Part shown: in pieces, positions 12,590 to 26,150 of the stretch
Numbering within the stretch: position 1 is the stretch's first letter
Layout: each line of letters starts with the position of its first letter
Assembly (NCBI GenBank): GCA_964016885.1
Contig: OZ024766.1
Span: 11,532,001 to 11,596,000, forward strand
Length of the DNA: 64,000 bases
Direction: 5' to 3'
DNA from: Eledone cirrhosa
Taxonomy: Eukaryota
Notes under the pieces: model-generated
Told to the model about the DNA's origin: nothing
The model's database searches: none
What the model saw: the letters and a program-made list of their open reading frames with translations, nothing else
Position numbers and translations under genes: made by a program

Positions 12590-14570
12590 CCAGCCCTCAC
12601 TTCTCTGTCAGCTGTCACACCCTAGATCTGGATGTTTTGTTTGGTCAAAGGAGAGACGGAGTGTCTGCGTTTGCTGAGGTCCTTCTTTGCCTTTCATCCA
12701 TTCGGGGGTTGATAAAGAAAAGTACCTGGCCCAGTAATGGTGCAGTCCTCTTTCTGTCCCCTTTCACCTCTCACATCCTGGATTTTTTTGATGCATCAAA
12801 AGAATTAGAATGTGTGTCAGGATGGTGTCTTGTGTTTGCTAAGATCCACCCAGTATTTCATCCATTTGGGGTTGATAAAGAAAGTACCAGGAGGGTGACA
12901 GTGCTGCCCTCTCTCATTTTCCTTCTGGCTATCACGCTAGATGTTGCAATGGATCAAAAGAGAGAAAGGAATGTTTGAGATGGTGTCTTGTGTTGGGAAG
13001 ATCCACCCAGCCTTTCGTGCATTTGGGGTCGATAAAGAAAGTACCAGGAGGGTGACAGTGCTTCTCTCTCTCATTTCCCTTCTGGCTATCACGCTAGATG
13101 TTGCAATGGATCAAAAGGGAGAGAGGAATGTTCGAGATGGTGTCTTGTGTTGGCTAAGATCCACCCAGCCTTTCGTGCATTTGGGGTCGATAAAGAAAGT
13201 ACCAGGAGAGTGATGGTGCTGCCCTCTCTCATTCTTCTTCTGGCTGTTAAACCCTAGATGTTTCGTTGGATCAAAAGGGAGAGGAATGTTTGAGAAGGTG
13301 TCTTGTGTTGGCTAAGATTCACCCAGCCTTTCGTGCATTTGGGGTCGATAAAGAAAGTACCAGGAAGGTGATAGTGCTGCCCTCTCTCATTCTTCTTCTG
13401 GCTCTTAAACTCTAGAGGTTTCGTTGGATCAAAAGGGAGAGAGGAATGTTTGAAAGGTGTCTTGTGTTTGCTAAGATCCACCCAGCCTTTCGTGCATTTG
13501 GGGTCGATAAAGAAAGTACCGAGCCAGTGATGGTAAAGCTCTCTTTCATTCCAGCTGTCAGACCCTGGCTTTTCTGCTGGATCAAAGAACAGGGAGGAGG
13601 GTTGAAAGAGATCTGTGTCTTATGAGGTCCCCTTTGTTTTTCATTCTTTCAGGGTTTGATGTAGAAATTACCAACCAGTCCAGTGTTGGTACAGCCCGCT
13701 TGCCTTCCAACTCTCACACCCTGGATTTCCTGTTGGGTCAAAAAAGAAAAAAAAAATGGAGGGTTGAAAGGGTGTTTTTGTCAGCTGAGGTCCTCTTCTA
13801 CCAGGCCTCACTTCTCTTCCAGCTGTCACACGATAGATTTTCTGCTAGATCAAAGGAGAGAAGGTGGGTTCACAGCGGGGATCATCTGAGGTCCTCTTCT
13901 ACCAGCTGTAACACCCTAGATTTTTTGCTGGATCAAAGGACAGAAGGTGGGTTGACAGCGGGGGGTCATCTGAGGTCCTCTTCTACCAGCTGTAACACCC
14001 TAGATTTTCTGCTAGATCAAAGGAGAGAAGGTGGGTTCACAGCGGGGGTCATCTGAGGTCCTCTTCTACCAGCTGTAACACCCTAGATTTTCTGCTAGAT
14101 CAAAGGAGAGAAGGTGGGTTGACAGCGGGGGTCATCTGAGGTCTTCTTCTACCAGCTGTAACACCCTAGATTTTCTGCTAGATCAAAGGACAGAAGGATC
14201 TGCCATGTCTTCTGAGATCCTCTTCTACCAGCTCTCATTTTTCTCCCAGCTGTCACACCCTTGATCTTCTGCTGGATCAAAGGACAGAGAGGGGGTTGAA
14301 AGGGATCTGTGTCTTCTGAGGTCCCCTTTGTCTTTCATTCTTTCAGGGGTCGATATAAAAAGTACTTGCTCAGTGATAGTACTGTCCTCTCTTCCTTCCA
14401 GCTGTCATACCCTGGATGTTCCACTAGATTAAAGGAGGGAGAATTAAAAGGGGGTTGCTGTTTTCTGGGGTCCTCATTGACTTTTATTCTTTTAGGGGTT
14501 TGATATAGAAAGTACCAACCTAGTAACAGTTCTGTTCTCTCTCTCCTTTCAACTGTTACATGCTGGATCA
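12590..14570 (+). repeat. Degenerate tandem repeats carrying the Meta-SINE core (sub-arrays of about 158 bp and 83 bp)
   Basis: GGGGTCGATAAAGAAAGTACC recurs near 13025, 13184, 13341, 13500; CTGAGGTC.TCTTCTACCAGC at 13886, 13970, 14053, 14136. Confidence 0.8.
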
Positions 14571-14574
14571 AAGA

Positions 14575-17500
14575 AGAGAAATGGAGTTTTTGTTGTGTTT
14601 GCTGAGGTCCTCTTTGACCCAAGGGAGAGAGTATTTGTGTTTGCTGAGGTCCTCTTTGTACCAGCCCTTACTCGTGTCCTAGTTTGTCACACCTTGGATA
14701 TTTTACCAGAGAAATGGAGAGAAAAATGGAGTTTTTGTTGTATTTGCTGAGGTCCTCTTTGTACCAGCCCTTACTCGTGTCCTAGTTTGTCACACCTTCT
14801 TGGATATTTTACCAGAGAAATGGAGAGAAAAATGGAGTTTTTGTTGTATTTGCTGAGGTCCTCTTTGACCCAAGAGAGAGAGTATTTGTGTTTGCTGAGG
14901 TCCTCTTTGTACCAGCCCTTACTCGTGTCCTAGTTTGTCACACCTTCTTGGATATTTTACCAGAGCAAAGGAGAGAAAAATGGAGTTTTTGTTGTGTTTG
15001 CTGAGGTCCTCTTTGACCCAAGAGAGAGAGTATTTGTGTTTGCTGAGGTCCTCTTTGTACCAGCCCTTACTCGTGTCCTAGTTTGTCACACCTTCTTGGA
15101 TATTTTACCAGAGCAAAGGAGAGAAAAATGGAGTTTTTGTTGTGTTTGCTGAGGTCCTCTTTGACCCAAGAGAGAGAGTATTTGTGTTTGCTGAGGTCCT
15201 CTTTGTACCAGCCCTTACTCGTGTCCTAGTTTGTCACACCTTCTTGGATATTTTACCAGAGCAAAGGAGAGAAAAATGGAGTTTTTGTTGTGTTTGCTGA
15301 GGTCCTCTTTGACCCAAGAGAGAGAGTATTTGTGTTTGCTGAGGTCCTCTTTGTACCAGCCCTTACTCGTGTCCTAGTTTGTCACACCTTCTTGGATATT
15401 TTACCAGAGCAAAGGAGAGAAAAATGGAGTTTTTGTTGTGTTTGCTGAGGTCCTCTTTGACCCAAGAGAGAGAGTATTTGTATTTGCTGAGGTCCTCTTT
15501 GTACCAGCCCTTACTCGTGTCCTAGTTTGTCACACCTTCTTGGATATTTTACCAGAGAAATGGAGAGAAAAATGGAATTTTTGTTGTATTTGCTGAGGTC
15601 CTCTTTGACCCAAGAGAGAGAGTATTTGTGTTTGCTGAGGTCCTCTTTGTACCAGCCCTTACTCGTGTCCTAGTTTGTCACACCTTCTTGGATATTTTAC
15701 CAGAGAAATGGAGAGAAAAATGGAGTTTTTGTTGTATTTGCTGAGGTCCTCTTTGACCCAAGAGAGAGAGTATTTGTGTTTGCTGAGGTCCTCTTTGTAC
15801 CAGCCCTTACTCGTGTCCTAGTTTGTCACACCTTCTTGGATATTTTACCAGAGCAAAGGAGAGAAAAATGGAGTTTTTGTTGTGTTTGCTGAGGTCCTCT
15901 TTGACCCAAGAGAGAGAGTATTTGTGTTTGCTGAGGTCCTCTTTGTACCAGCCCTTACTCGTGTCCTAGTTTGTCACACCTTCTTGGATATTTTACCAGA
16001 GAAATGGAGAGAAAAATGGAGTTTTTGTTGTATTTGCTGAGGTCCTCTTTGACCCAAGAGAGAGAGTATTTGTGTTTGCTGAGGTCCTCTTTGTACCAGC
16101 CCTTACTCGTGTCCTAGTTTGTCACACCTTCTTGGATATTTTACCAGAGAAATGGAGAGAAAAATGGAGTTTTTGTTGTATTTGCTGAGGTCCTCTTTGA
16201 CCCAAGACGGAGAGTATTTGTGTTTGCTGAGGTTCTCTTTGTACCAGCCCTTACTCGTGTCCTAGTTTGTCACACCTTCTTGGATATTTTACCAGAGAAA
16301 TGGAGAGAAAAATGGAGTTTTTGTTGTATTTGCTGAGGTCCTCTTTGACCCAAGAGAGAGAGTATTTGTGTTTGCTGAGGTCCTCTTTGTACCAGCCCTT
16401 ACTCGTGTCCTAGTTTGTCACACCTTCTTGGATATTTTACCAGAGAAATGGAGAGAAAAATGGAGTTTTTGTTGTATTTGCTGAGGTCCTCTTTGACCCA
16501 AGACGGAGAGTATTTGTGTTTGCTGAGGTTCTCTTTGTACCAGCCCTTACTCGTGTCCTAGTTTGTCACACCTTCTTGGATATTTTACCAGAGAAATGGA
16601 GAGAAAAATGGAGTTTTTGTTGTATTTGCTGAGGTCCTCTTTGACCCAAGAGAGAGAGTATTTGTGTTTGCTGAGGTCCTCTTTGTACCAGCCCTTACTC
16701 GTGTCCTAGTTTGTCACACCTTCTTGGATATTTTACCAGAGAAATGGAGAGAAAAATGGAGTTTTTGTTGTATTTGCTGAGGTCCTCTTTGACCCAAGAG
16801 AGAGAGTATTTGTGTTTGCTGAGGTCCTCTTTGTACCAGCCCTTACTCGTGTCCTAGTTTGTCACACCTTCTTGGATATTTTACCAGAGCAAAGGAGAGA
16901 AAAATGGAGTTTTTGTTGTGTTTGCTGAGGTCCTCTTTGACCCAAGAGAGAGAGTATTTGTGTTTGCTGAGGTCCTCTTTGTACCAGCCCTTACTCGTGT
17001 CCTAGTTTGTCACACCTTCTTGGATATTTTACCAGAGAAATGGAGAGAAAAATGGAGTTTTTGTTGTATTTGCTGAGGTCCTCTTTGACCCAAGAGAGAG
17101 AGTATTTGTGTTTGCTGAGGTCCTCTTTGTACCAGCCCTTACTCGTGTCCTAGTTTGTCACACCTTCTTGGATATTTTACCAGAGAAATGGAGAGAAAAA
17201 TGGAGTTTTTGTTGTATTTGCTGAGGTCCTCTTTGACCCAAGAGAGAGAGTATTTGTGTTTGCTGAGGTCCTCTTTGTACCAGCCCTTACTCGTGTCCTA
17301 GTTTGTCACACCTTCTTGGATATTTTACCAGAGAAATGGAGAGAAAAATGGAGTTTTTGTTGTATTTGCTGAGGTCCTCTTTGACCCAAGACAGAGAGTA
17401 TTTGTGTTTGCTGAGGTTCTCTTTGTACCAGCCCTTACTCGTGTCCTAGTTTGTCACACCTTGGATATTTTACCAGGTCAAAGGAGAGAGAAATGGAGTT
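14575..17500. repeat. 148-bp satellite, about 19 near-identical copies
   Basis: GACCCAAG anchor at 14867, 15015, 15163 ... 17383 (period 148); each unit holds two GCTGAGGTCCTCTTTG subrepeats. Confidence 0.97.
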
Positions 17501-17539
17501 TTTGTTGTGTTCACTGAGGTCCTCTTCACACCATCGTTC

Positions 17540-17885
17540 AGTTGTCACACCTTCCTGGATGTTTTGTTGGCTCAAAGGAGAGCGGGAGTATATTTATCGG
17601 CGGAGGTCCTATTTCTACCACCAGCGCCTACTTGTCTTCTAGTTTGTCACACCTTCCTGGATGTTTTGTTGGCTCAAAGGAGAGTGGGAGTATATTTATC
17701 GGCGGAGGTCCTATTTCTACCACCAGCGCCTACTTGTCTTCTAGTTTGTCACACCTTCCTGGATGTTTTGTTGGCTCAAAGGAGAGAGGGAGTATATTTA
17801 TCGGCGGAGGTCCTATTTCTACCACCAGCGCCTACTTGTCTTCTAGTTTGTCACACCTTCCTGGATGTTTTACCAAGTCAAAGGA
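17540..17885. repeat. 102-bp tandem repeat, about 3.3 copies
   Basis: TGTCACACCTTCCTGGATGTTTT at 17543, 17645, 17747, 17849. Confidence 0.92.
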
Positions 17886-18044
17886 GAGAGAGAGAGTGTG
17901 TTTTGTGTTCACTGAGGTCCTCTTTGCATCATCGCTGCATACCTTCCTGGATGTTTTGTCGGCTCAAAGGAGAGAGGAAGTATCCTATTTCTACCACCAG
18001 CCCTCATTTTACTTCCTGCTGTTTTACCAGTTCAAAGGAGAGAT

Positions 18045-19120
18045 ATGGAGTGTTTGTGTTCACTAGGGCCCTATTTATACCAAGAGAGAGAGTGTTTGTG
18101 TTCACTAGGGCCCTATTTATACCAAGAGAGAGAGTGTTTGTGTTCACTAGGGCCCTATTTATACCAAGAGAGAGAGTGTTTGTGTTCACTAGGGCCCTAT
18201 TTATACCAAGAGAGAGAGTATTTGTGCTCACTAGGGCCCTATTTATACCAAGAGAGAGAGTATTTGTGTTCACGAGGGCCCTATTTATACCAAGAGATGG
18301 AGTGTTTGTGTTCACTAGGGCCCTATTTATACCAAGAGAGAGAGTATTTGTGTTCACGAGGGCCCTATTTATACCAAGAGAGAGAGTGTTTGTGTTCACT
18401 AGGGCCCTATTTATACCAAGAGAGAGAGTATTTGTGTTCACTAGGGCCCTATTTATACCAAGAGAGAGAGTATTTGTGTTCACTAGGGCCCTATTTATAC
18501 CAAGAGAGAGTATTTGTGTTCACTAGGGCCCTATTTATACCAAGAGAGTGTTCACTAGGGCCCTATTTATACCAAGAGAGAGAGTATTTGTGTTCACTAG
18601 GGCCCTATTTATACCAAGAGAGAGTATTTGTGTTCACTAGGGCCCTATTTATACCAAGAGAGAGTATTTGTGTTCACTAGGGCCCTATTTATACCAAGAG
18701 AGAGAGTATTTGTGTTTGCTGAGGTCCTCTTTACACCAGCCTTCATTTAGCTTCCAGCTGTCACACCCTGGATGTTTTACCAGATCAAAGGAGAGAGAGA
18801 GAGTGTTTGTGTTCACTAGGGCCCTATTTATACCAAGAGAGAGAGTATTTCTGTTCACTAGGACCCTATTTATACCAAGAGAGAGAGTATTTGTGTTCAC
18901 TAGGGCCCTATTTATACCAAGAGAGAGAGTATTTGTGTTCACTAGGGCCCTATTTATACCAAGAGAGAAAGTATTTATGTAACTAGGGCCCTATTTATAC
19001 CAAGAGAGAGTATTTGTGTTCACTAGGACCCTATTTATACCAAGAGAGAGAGTATTTGTGTTCACTAGGGCCCTATTTATACCAAGAGAGAGTATTTGTG
19101 TTTGCTGAGGTCCTCTTTAT
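18045..19120. repeat. 40-42-bp minisatellite, about 24 copies, with TAGGGCCCTA palindrome
   Basis: Unit GAGAGAGAGT(G/A)TTTGTGTTCACTAGGGCCCTATTTATACCAA. Confidence 0.95.
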
Positions 19121-19521
19121 ACCAGCCCTTACTTAGCTTCCAGGGGTCACACCCTGGGTGTTTTACCAGATGAAAGGAGAGAGAGAGAGAGTGTTTGTGT
19201 TCACGGAGGTCCTCGTTGCCTGTCAGCCTTTTGTGGCATCGTTAAAGAAACTACTGGCCCAGGACTGGCACTGTCCTCTTTCCCTCCACCTGTCACACCT
19301 TAGAATTTCTGTTTGATCAAAAGATAGAGAGGGGAATGGTTGAGATGGTGTCTGTGTTTGCTAAGAACCACTTTGCCTTTCATCCTTTCAGGGGCTTGAT
19401 AAAAAAGGTACCGGGATAGTGTCTGTGCAGCCCCTTTTTTTCCAAACATACTTCTAGTAGGCACCTCTTAATCACTATACCCCCCACCCACCCGCTTCTC
19501 TCCACACCACCCTTACACTGT

Positions 19522-20690
19522 GAACAAAAAGCACCCAGTCCACACTGTAAAGTGGTCATGTAGGTGTCACAACAAAAAGCACCCAGTCTACACTATAAAG
19601 TGGTTGTGTAGGTGTCACAACAAAAAGCACCCAGTCCACACTGTAAAGTGGTTGTGTAGGTGTCACAACAAAAAGCACCCAGTCCACACTGTAAAGTGGT
19701 CATGTAGGTGTCACAACAAAAAGCACCCAGTCCACACTGTAAAGTGGTCATGTAGGTGTCACAACAAAAAACACCCAGTCCATACTGTAAAGTGGTCATG
19801 TAGGTGTCACAACAAAAAACACCCAGTCCACACTGTAAAGTGGTCATGTAGGTGTCATGACAAAAAGCACCCAGTCCACACTGTAAAGTGGTCATGTAGG
19901 TGTCACAACAAAAAGCACCCAGTCCACACTGTAAAGTGGTCATGTAGGTGTCACAACAAAAAGCACCCAGTCCACACTGTAAAGTGGTTGTGTAGGTGTC
20001 ACAACAAAAAGCACCCAGTCCACACTGTAAAGTGGTCATGTAGGTGTCACAACAAAAAGCACCCAGTCCACACTGTAAAGTGGTCATGTAGGTGTCACAA
20101 CAAAAAACACCCAGTCCACACTGTAAAGTGGTCATGTAGGTGTCATGACAAAAAGCACCCAGTCCACACTGTAAAGTGGTCATGTAGGTGTCACAACAAA
20201 AAGCACCCAGTCCACACTGTAAAGTGGTCATGTAGGTGTCACAACAAAAAACACCCAGTCCATACTGTAAAGTGGCCATGTAGATGTCACAACAAAACGC
20301 ACCCGGTCCACACTGTAAAGTGGTCATGTAGGTGTCACAACAAAAAGCACCCAGTCTACACTATAAAGTGGTTGTGTAGGTGTCACAACAAAAAGCACCC
20401 AGTCTACACTATAAAGTGGTTGTGTAGGTGTCACAACAAAAAGCACCCAGTCCACACTGTAGAGTGGTCATGTAGGTGTCACAACAAAAAGCACCCAGTC
20501 CACACTGTAAAGTGGTCATGTAGGTGTCACAACAAAAAGCACCCAGTCCACACTGTAAAGTGGTCATGTAGGTGTCATGACAAAACAGCACCCAGTCCAC
20601 ACTGTAAAGTGGTTGTGTAGGTGTCACAACAAAAACACACAGTCAACACTGTAATGTGGCCATGTAGGTAACAGGGTAAAAACCTCCCAG
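19522..20690. repeat. 48-bp minisatellite, about 24 copies, running into an RTE-associated SINE-like element (to 20910)
   Basis: Unit CAAAAAGCACCCAGTCCACACTGTAAAGTGGTCATGTAGGTGTCACAA, then GTTGGTGTTAGGAAGGGCATCCAGCC...GGACGTTAAATGATGATG. Confidence 0.95.
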
Positions 20691-21065
20691 TCCACACTGT
20701 AAACGTGGTTGGTGTTAGGAAGGGCATCCAGCCGTAGAAAACCTGCCAGATAGTCCTATACAAGCGAGCCACGGTCACCCGACCAACCTTGCCTCAAGTG
20801 GGACAACTACCGTCTAACCCATGTTAGCGTGAAAGATGGACGTTAAATGATGATGATGATGATGATGGTAATGATGTTAATGATGATGGTGATGATGATG
20901 ATGATGATCTCATCTTGCAGCTGTCACATCTTGGATATTCTGTGGGATTAAAGAAGGGGAGATTGATAGGGTGTTGCATGTATAGAGGCCCACATCAACT
21001 GTCATCCATAGCCGGTTAATAAAGTAAGGACCAACCCAATGTCGAGCCTGCCCCTTCTGTATATA

Positions 21066-21114
<49 letters not shown>

Positions 21115-21253
21115 GTATGTAACAAGTAAACAGAAATAACAACACAATCAGTACAGGGGTCGATAAAAAAAAGTACCAGCCCAATGTCGGGGCTGCTCCT
21201 TCTGTATATACATCTCTCTCTCTCTATATATATATGTATATAATGTATATAAT

Positions 21254-21398
21254 GGAGGCACATGGCTTAGTGGTTAGAGCATTGGCCTTGCAATCGAAAG
21301 GTTGTGAGTTCAATTCTCAGACCGGGTGATGTGTTGTTTCCTTGAGCAAGACACTTTATTTCACATTGCTCCAGTTTACTCAGCTGTAGAAATGAGAT
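21254..21398 (+). mobile_element. tRNA-derived CORE-type SINE
   Basis: A box TGGCTTAGTGG, B box GAGTTCAATTC, CORE-like CCTTGAGCAAGACACTTTA. Confidence 0.75.
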
Positions 21399-21838
21399 GA
21401 TAAGGACTGGGGTCCCTATCATTCCACTGTAAAGTGGTCATGGTGGTGCCACGGCAAAAAAGCACCCAGCACTCACTGTAAATGAGGTTGGTGTTAGGAA
21501 GGGCATCCAGCTGTAGAAATCAAGCCAGAATCAGTTCCCGTCCCACCCTTGCAAGCAGGGAAAAAGTGGACGTAAAATGATGATGATGATGTATGTAACA
21601 AGTAAACAGAAATAACAACACAATCAGTACAGGGGTCGATAAAAAAGTACTAGCCCAATGTCGGGGCTGCCCCTTTTATATACATCCCTCTCTCTCTCTC
21701 TCTCACCTCCCAGCTGTTATACTGCGGTTGTGCCGCTGGCTCAAAGGACAGAGGGTGACCGTGTGTAAGCTGAGTTCCACATTGTCTTTCATTCATTTGA
21801 GGTTGATAAAGAAAGTACCAGGCCAGTGATGGGGCTGT

Positions 21839-21881
<43 letters not shown>

Positions 21882-22750
21882 ATCTTAGATTTTCTACTGG
21901 ATCAAAGGAGGAAGGCCCGAGAAGGTATCTGTCTAATAAGGTCCCCCTTGTAATCCATGCTAGTGTGTAAGATGGATGTTAGACAATGATGATGAGGGGG
22001 TTGATTAAGAAAATACCAACCCAGTACAGCAGTTGTCTTCTCTCATCTTCCAACTGTTGCATCTTCGATTTTCTACTGGATCAAAGGAGTGACTCCCGAG
22101 AAGGTATCTGTCTACTAACGTCCCCCCTTGTAATTCATTCTTTCGAGGGCTTGATAAAGAAAATACTAACCCAGTACAGCAGCTGTCTTCGCTCATCTTC
22201 CAACTGTCGCATCTTAGATTTTCTACTGGATCAAAGGAGCGACGGCCGAGAAGGTATCTGTCTACTAACGTCCCCCTTGTAATTCATTATTTCGAGGGCT
22301 TGATAAAGAAAATACCAACCCAGCACAGCGGCTGTCTTCTCTCTCCTTCCAGCTGTCACATTCTTGGATTTTCTGCAGGATCCAAGGAGAGAGAATTGAG
22401 AGGGTGTGGGTGGCTGCTAAGATCCACTCTGCTTGTCATCTTTTAGGGGTCGATAAAGAAAGTACCAGCTCAATTTCGGGGCAGTACCTTCTATATATAT
22501 ATATATCATCATCATCAACGTTTAACGTCTGTGTTCCACGCTTGCATGGGTTTGGACGGGGGTTTTCCCACTTGAGGCAAGAGTGATTGTCTTGCTCGCA
22601 TAGGACTGTCTGGCAGGTTTTCTACAGTTGGATGCCCTTCCTAACACCAACCACATTTACAATGTGGGTCTGGGAGGTTTTTACCGTGTTGCCTACATAT
22701 GTGTATACAATATATTAATAAATGGAAACTATATTTATAAAACCATATTT

Positions 22751-22810
22751 ATTTTGTTATATTTCAAGGGCAACCAAGGCAAATTATGGTGCGCTTTCAT
22801 CAGATAAAAT
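22751..22810 (-). ncRNA. Family C hammerhead, degenerate
   Basis: Minus strand attttat-CTGATGA-aagcgcacca...tggttgccctt-GAAA-ta-TA-acaaaat. Confidence 0.5.
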
Positions 22811-22930
22811 GCAAATTTGTTTTATAAATAAATATTGACATACACACATAAAGACGACCTTAATGGTTGAGATTCGCTGGATTGTCAAAATTTTAAGCTT
22901 GTTGAATCCTAACAAATTAAATATAACCTC

Positions 22931-22966
<36 letters not shown>

Positions 22967-23164
22967 GCTACGTAGTAATACAGAAGACCCGCCTTGCCTA
23001 AGTACAAAGCGAAACCTACAGTTAGTAGGCATCTCTTAACCAAAATACCCCCCCCCCCCCCCCCCCCCCCTGTCCCACTAACCCTACCCCCACCGCCATC
23101 TACACCACCCCTTTTCGATGTAAAGTTATGTTGGTACCACAACATCCAGTCCTAAATAAATGAA

Positions 23165-24060
23165 GTCGTGTAGGTGTCACAACAAAAAAACACACAGTCC
23201 ACGCTGTAATGTGGCCGTGTAGGTGTCACGACAAAAAAACACACAGTCCACGCTGTAATGTGGCCGTGTAGGTGTCACGACAAAAAAACACACAGTCCAC
23301 GCTGTAATGTGGCCGTGTAGGTGTCACGACAAAAAAACACACAGTCCACGCTGTAATGTGGTCGTGTAGGTGTCACGACAAAAAAACACACAGTCCACGC
23401 TGTAATGTGGCCGTGTAGGTGTCACGACAAAAAAACACACAGTCCACGCTGTAATGTGGCCGTGTAGGTGTCACGACAAAAAAACACACAGTCCACGCTG
23501 TAATGTGGCCGTGTAGGTGTCACGACAAAAAAACACACAGTCCACGCTGTAATGTGGCCGTGTAGGTGTCACGACAAAAAAACACAGTCCACGCTGTAAT
23601 GTGGCCGTGTAGGTGTCACGACAAAAAAACACACAGTCCACGCTGTAATGTGGTCGTGTAGGTGTCACAACAAAAAAACACACGGTCCACGCTGTAATGT
23701 GTCCGTGTAGGTGTCACGACAAAAAAACACACAATCCACGCTGTAATGTGGCCGTGTAGGTGTCACGACAAAAAAACACACAGTCCACGCTGTAATGTGG
23801 CCGTGTAGGTGTCACGACAAAAAATCACACAGTCAACGCTGTAATGTGGCCGTGTAGGTGTCACGACAAAAAAACACACAGTCCACGCTGAAATGTGGCC
23901 GTGTAGGTGTCACGACAAAAAAACACACAGTCAACGCTGTAATGTGGCCGTGTAGGTGTCACGACAAAAAAACACACAGTCCACGCTGTAATGTGGCCGT
24001 GTAGGTGTCACGACAAAAAAAACACAGTCCACGCTGTAATGTGGCCGTGTAGGTAACACG
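23165..24060. repeat. 49-bp minisatellite, about 18 copies, running into an RTE-associated SINE-like element (to 24240)
   Basis: Unit ACAAAAAAACACACAGTCCACGCTGTAATGTGGCCGTGTAGGTGTCACG. Confidence 0.95.
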
Positions 24061-25623
24061 GTAAAAACCTCCCAGTCCACACTGTAAACGTGGTTGGTGT
24101 TAGGAAGGGCATCCAGCCGTAGAAAACCCGCCAGACAGTCCTATATGAGCAAGACAACCACTCTTGCCTCAAGTGGGAAAACTCCCGTCCAGACCCATGT
24201 TAGCGTGGAAGATGGACGTTAAACGATGATGATGATGATGATATATATCACATCCCAGCTGTTATATCATGGATGTGCCTCTGGCTCAAAGGACGGAGGG
24301 TGAGTCTGTATAAACTGAGGTCCCTTTTTGCCTGTCATCTTTTAGGGGTTGATAAAAAAGAGTACCAGCCTAGTGTAGGGGCTGTCCCTTCTCTCTCTGT
24401 CTCTCCTCCCAGCTGTCACATTCCTGGATTTTCTGCAGGATCCAAGGAAAGAGAATCAAGAGGGTGTGGGTGTCTGCTAAGATCCACTTTGCCTATCATG
24501 TTTTAGGGGTCAAAAAAGAAAATACCAGCCCAATTACGGGGCTGTCCCTTCTATATATATATTTATATCTATCTCACCTCCCAGCTGTTATATCATGAAT
24601 GTGCTTCTGGCTCAAATGACAGAGGGTGACACTGTATAAATTGAGGTACACATTGCCTGTCACATTTTAGGGGTCGATAAAGTAAGTACCAGGCCAGTGT
24701 CAGGGGCTGTTTTCTCTGTCTCTCTCTCACCGTCTAGCTGTTATACCTTGATCAAAAGCGAGAGAATTGAGACGATGTGGTTGTCTGTCATGTTTTAGGG
24801 GTCGATAAAAAAAAAGGTACCAGCCTAGTTTCAGAGCTGTCCCCTTCATATATCCTGTTATCCCTTAGATTTTTTGTTGGATCAAAAGTGAGAGAATTGA
24901 GAGGATGTGGTTGTCTGTCATATTTTAGGGGTCGATAAAAAAAAAGGTACCAGCCTAGTTTCAGAGCTGTCCCCTTCATATATCCTGTTATCCCTTAGAT
25001 TTTTTGTTGGATCAAAAGCGAGAGAATTGAGAGGATGTGGTTGTCTGCTAAGATCCACTTTGTCTGTCATGTTTTAGGGGTCGATAAAAAAAGGTACCAG
25101 CCTAGTTTCAGAGCTGTCCCCTTCATATATCCTGTTATCCCTTAGATTTTTTGTTGGATCAAAAGTGAGAGAATTGAGAGGATGTGGTTGTCTGTCATAT
25201 TTTAGGGGTCGATAAAAAAAAAGGTACCAGCCTAGTTTCAGCGCTGTCCCCTTCATATATCCTGTTATCCCTTAGATTTTTTGTTGAATCAAAAGTGAGA
25301 GAATTGAGAGGATGTGGTTGTCTGCTAAGACCCACTTTGTCTGTCATGTTTTAGGGGTCGATAAAAAAAAAGGTACCAGCCTAGTTTCAGAGCTGTCCCC
25401 TTCATATATCCCTCTCCCTCTATATCTCACCTCCCAGCTGTTACACCGTGAGTGTGTCGCTGGATCAAAGGAATCTATGGCAGAGAGGGTGTTGTGCCTG
25501 CTCTTGTGTGTACTCCCTAAACTAGGGTCACCTGAAAACCCTTAGTGAAAGCCGAGTATATGCTACCACATATTACTCAATTGCATGTGGCTGCTATTGT
25601 ATATATATATATATATATATATA

Positions 25624-26150
25624 TCATCATCATCATCATCAACGTTTAACGTCCGTGTTCCACGCTTGCATGGGTTTGGACGGGGGTTTCCCACTTGAGT
25701 CAAGAGTGATTATCTTGCTCGCATAGGACTGTCTGGCAGGTTTTCTACAGCTGGATGCCCTTCCTAACACCAACCACATTTACAGCGTGGGACTGGGAGG
25801 TTTTTACCGTGTTGCCTACACGGCCACATTACAGCGTGGACTGTCTGGCGGGTTTTCTACAGCTGGATGCCCTTCCTAACACCAACCACATTTACAGTGT
25901 GGGGCTGGGAGGTTTTTACCGTGTTACCTACACGGCCACATTACAGCGTGGACTGTCTGGCGGGTTTTCTACAGCTGGATGCCCTTCCTAACACCAACCA
26001 CATTTACAGTGTGGGGCTGGGAGGTTTTTACCGTGTTGCCTACACGGCCACATTACAGCGTGGACTGGGTGTTTTTTTGACGTGACACCTACACGACCTC
26101 ATTTGTTTCGGCCTGGATGTTGTGGCACCAACATAACTTTTGGATGTTGT
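25624..26150 (-). mobile_element. RTE-associated SINE-like element with a 112-bp internal triplication
   Basis: GGACTGTCTGGC at about 25726, 25838, 25950; (ATC)n at the left end. Confidence 0.8.

Larger units (their letters stand above)
21600..25480 (+). repeat. Further degenerate Meta-core-derived repeats, interrupted by other elements
   Basis: Recurrent GGGGTCGATAAA...AGTACCAG and CTGTCACA...GGATCAAAGGAG; local 119-142-bp tandems at 22000-22330 and 24760-25410. Confidence 0.7.

Noticed and set aside
17507-18526. 339-aa repeat ORF
   Set aside because: Made of 102-bp and 42-bp satellite units; frame is lost where the GA run length varies.
19520-20620. 366-aa His/Cys/Lys repeat ORF resembling a metal-binding protein
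   Set aside because: A 48-bp minisatellite homologous to frame-breaking 49-bp arrays from the same retroposon segment.
21254-21330. tRNA gene
   Set aside because: A and B boxes are present but there is no clean cloverleaf, and it continues into a SINE core.
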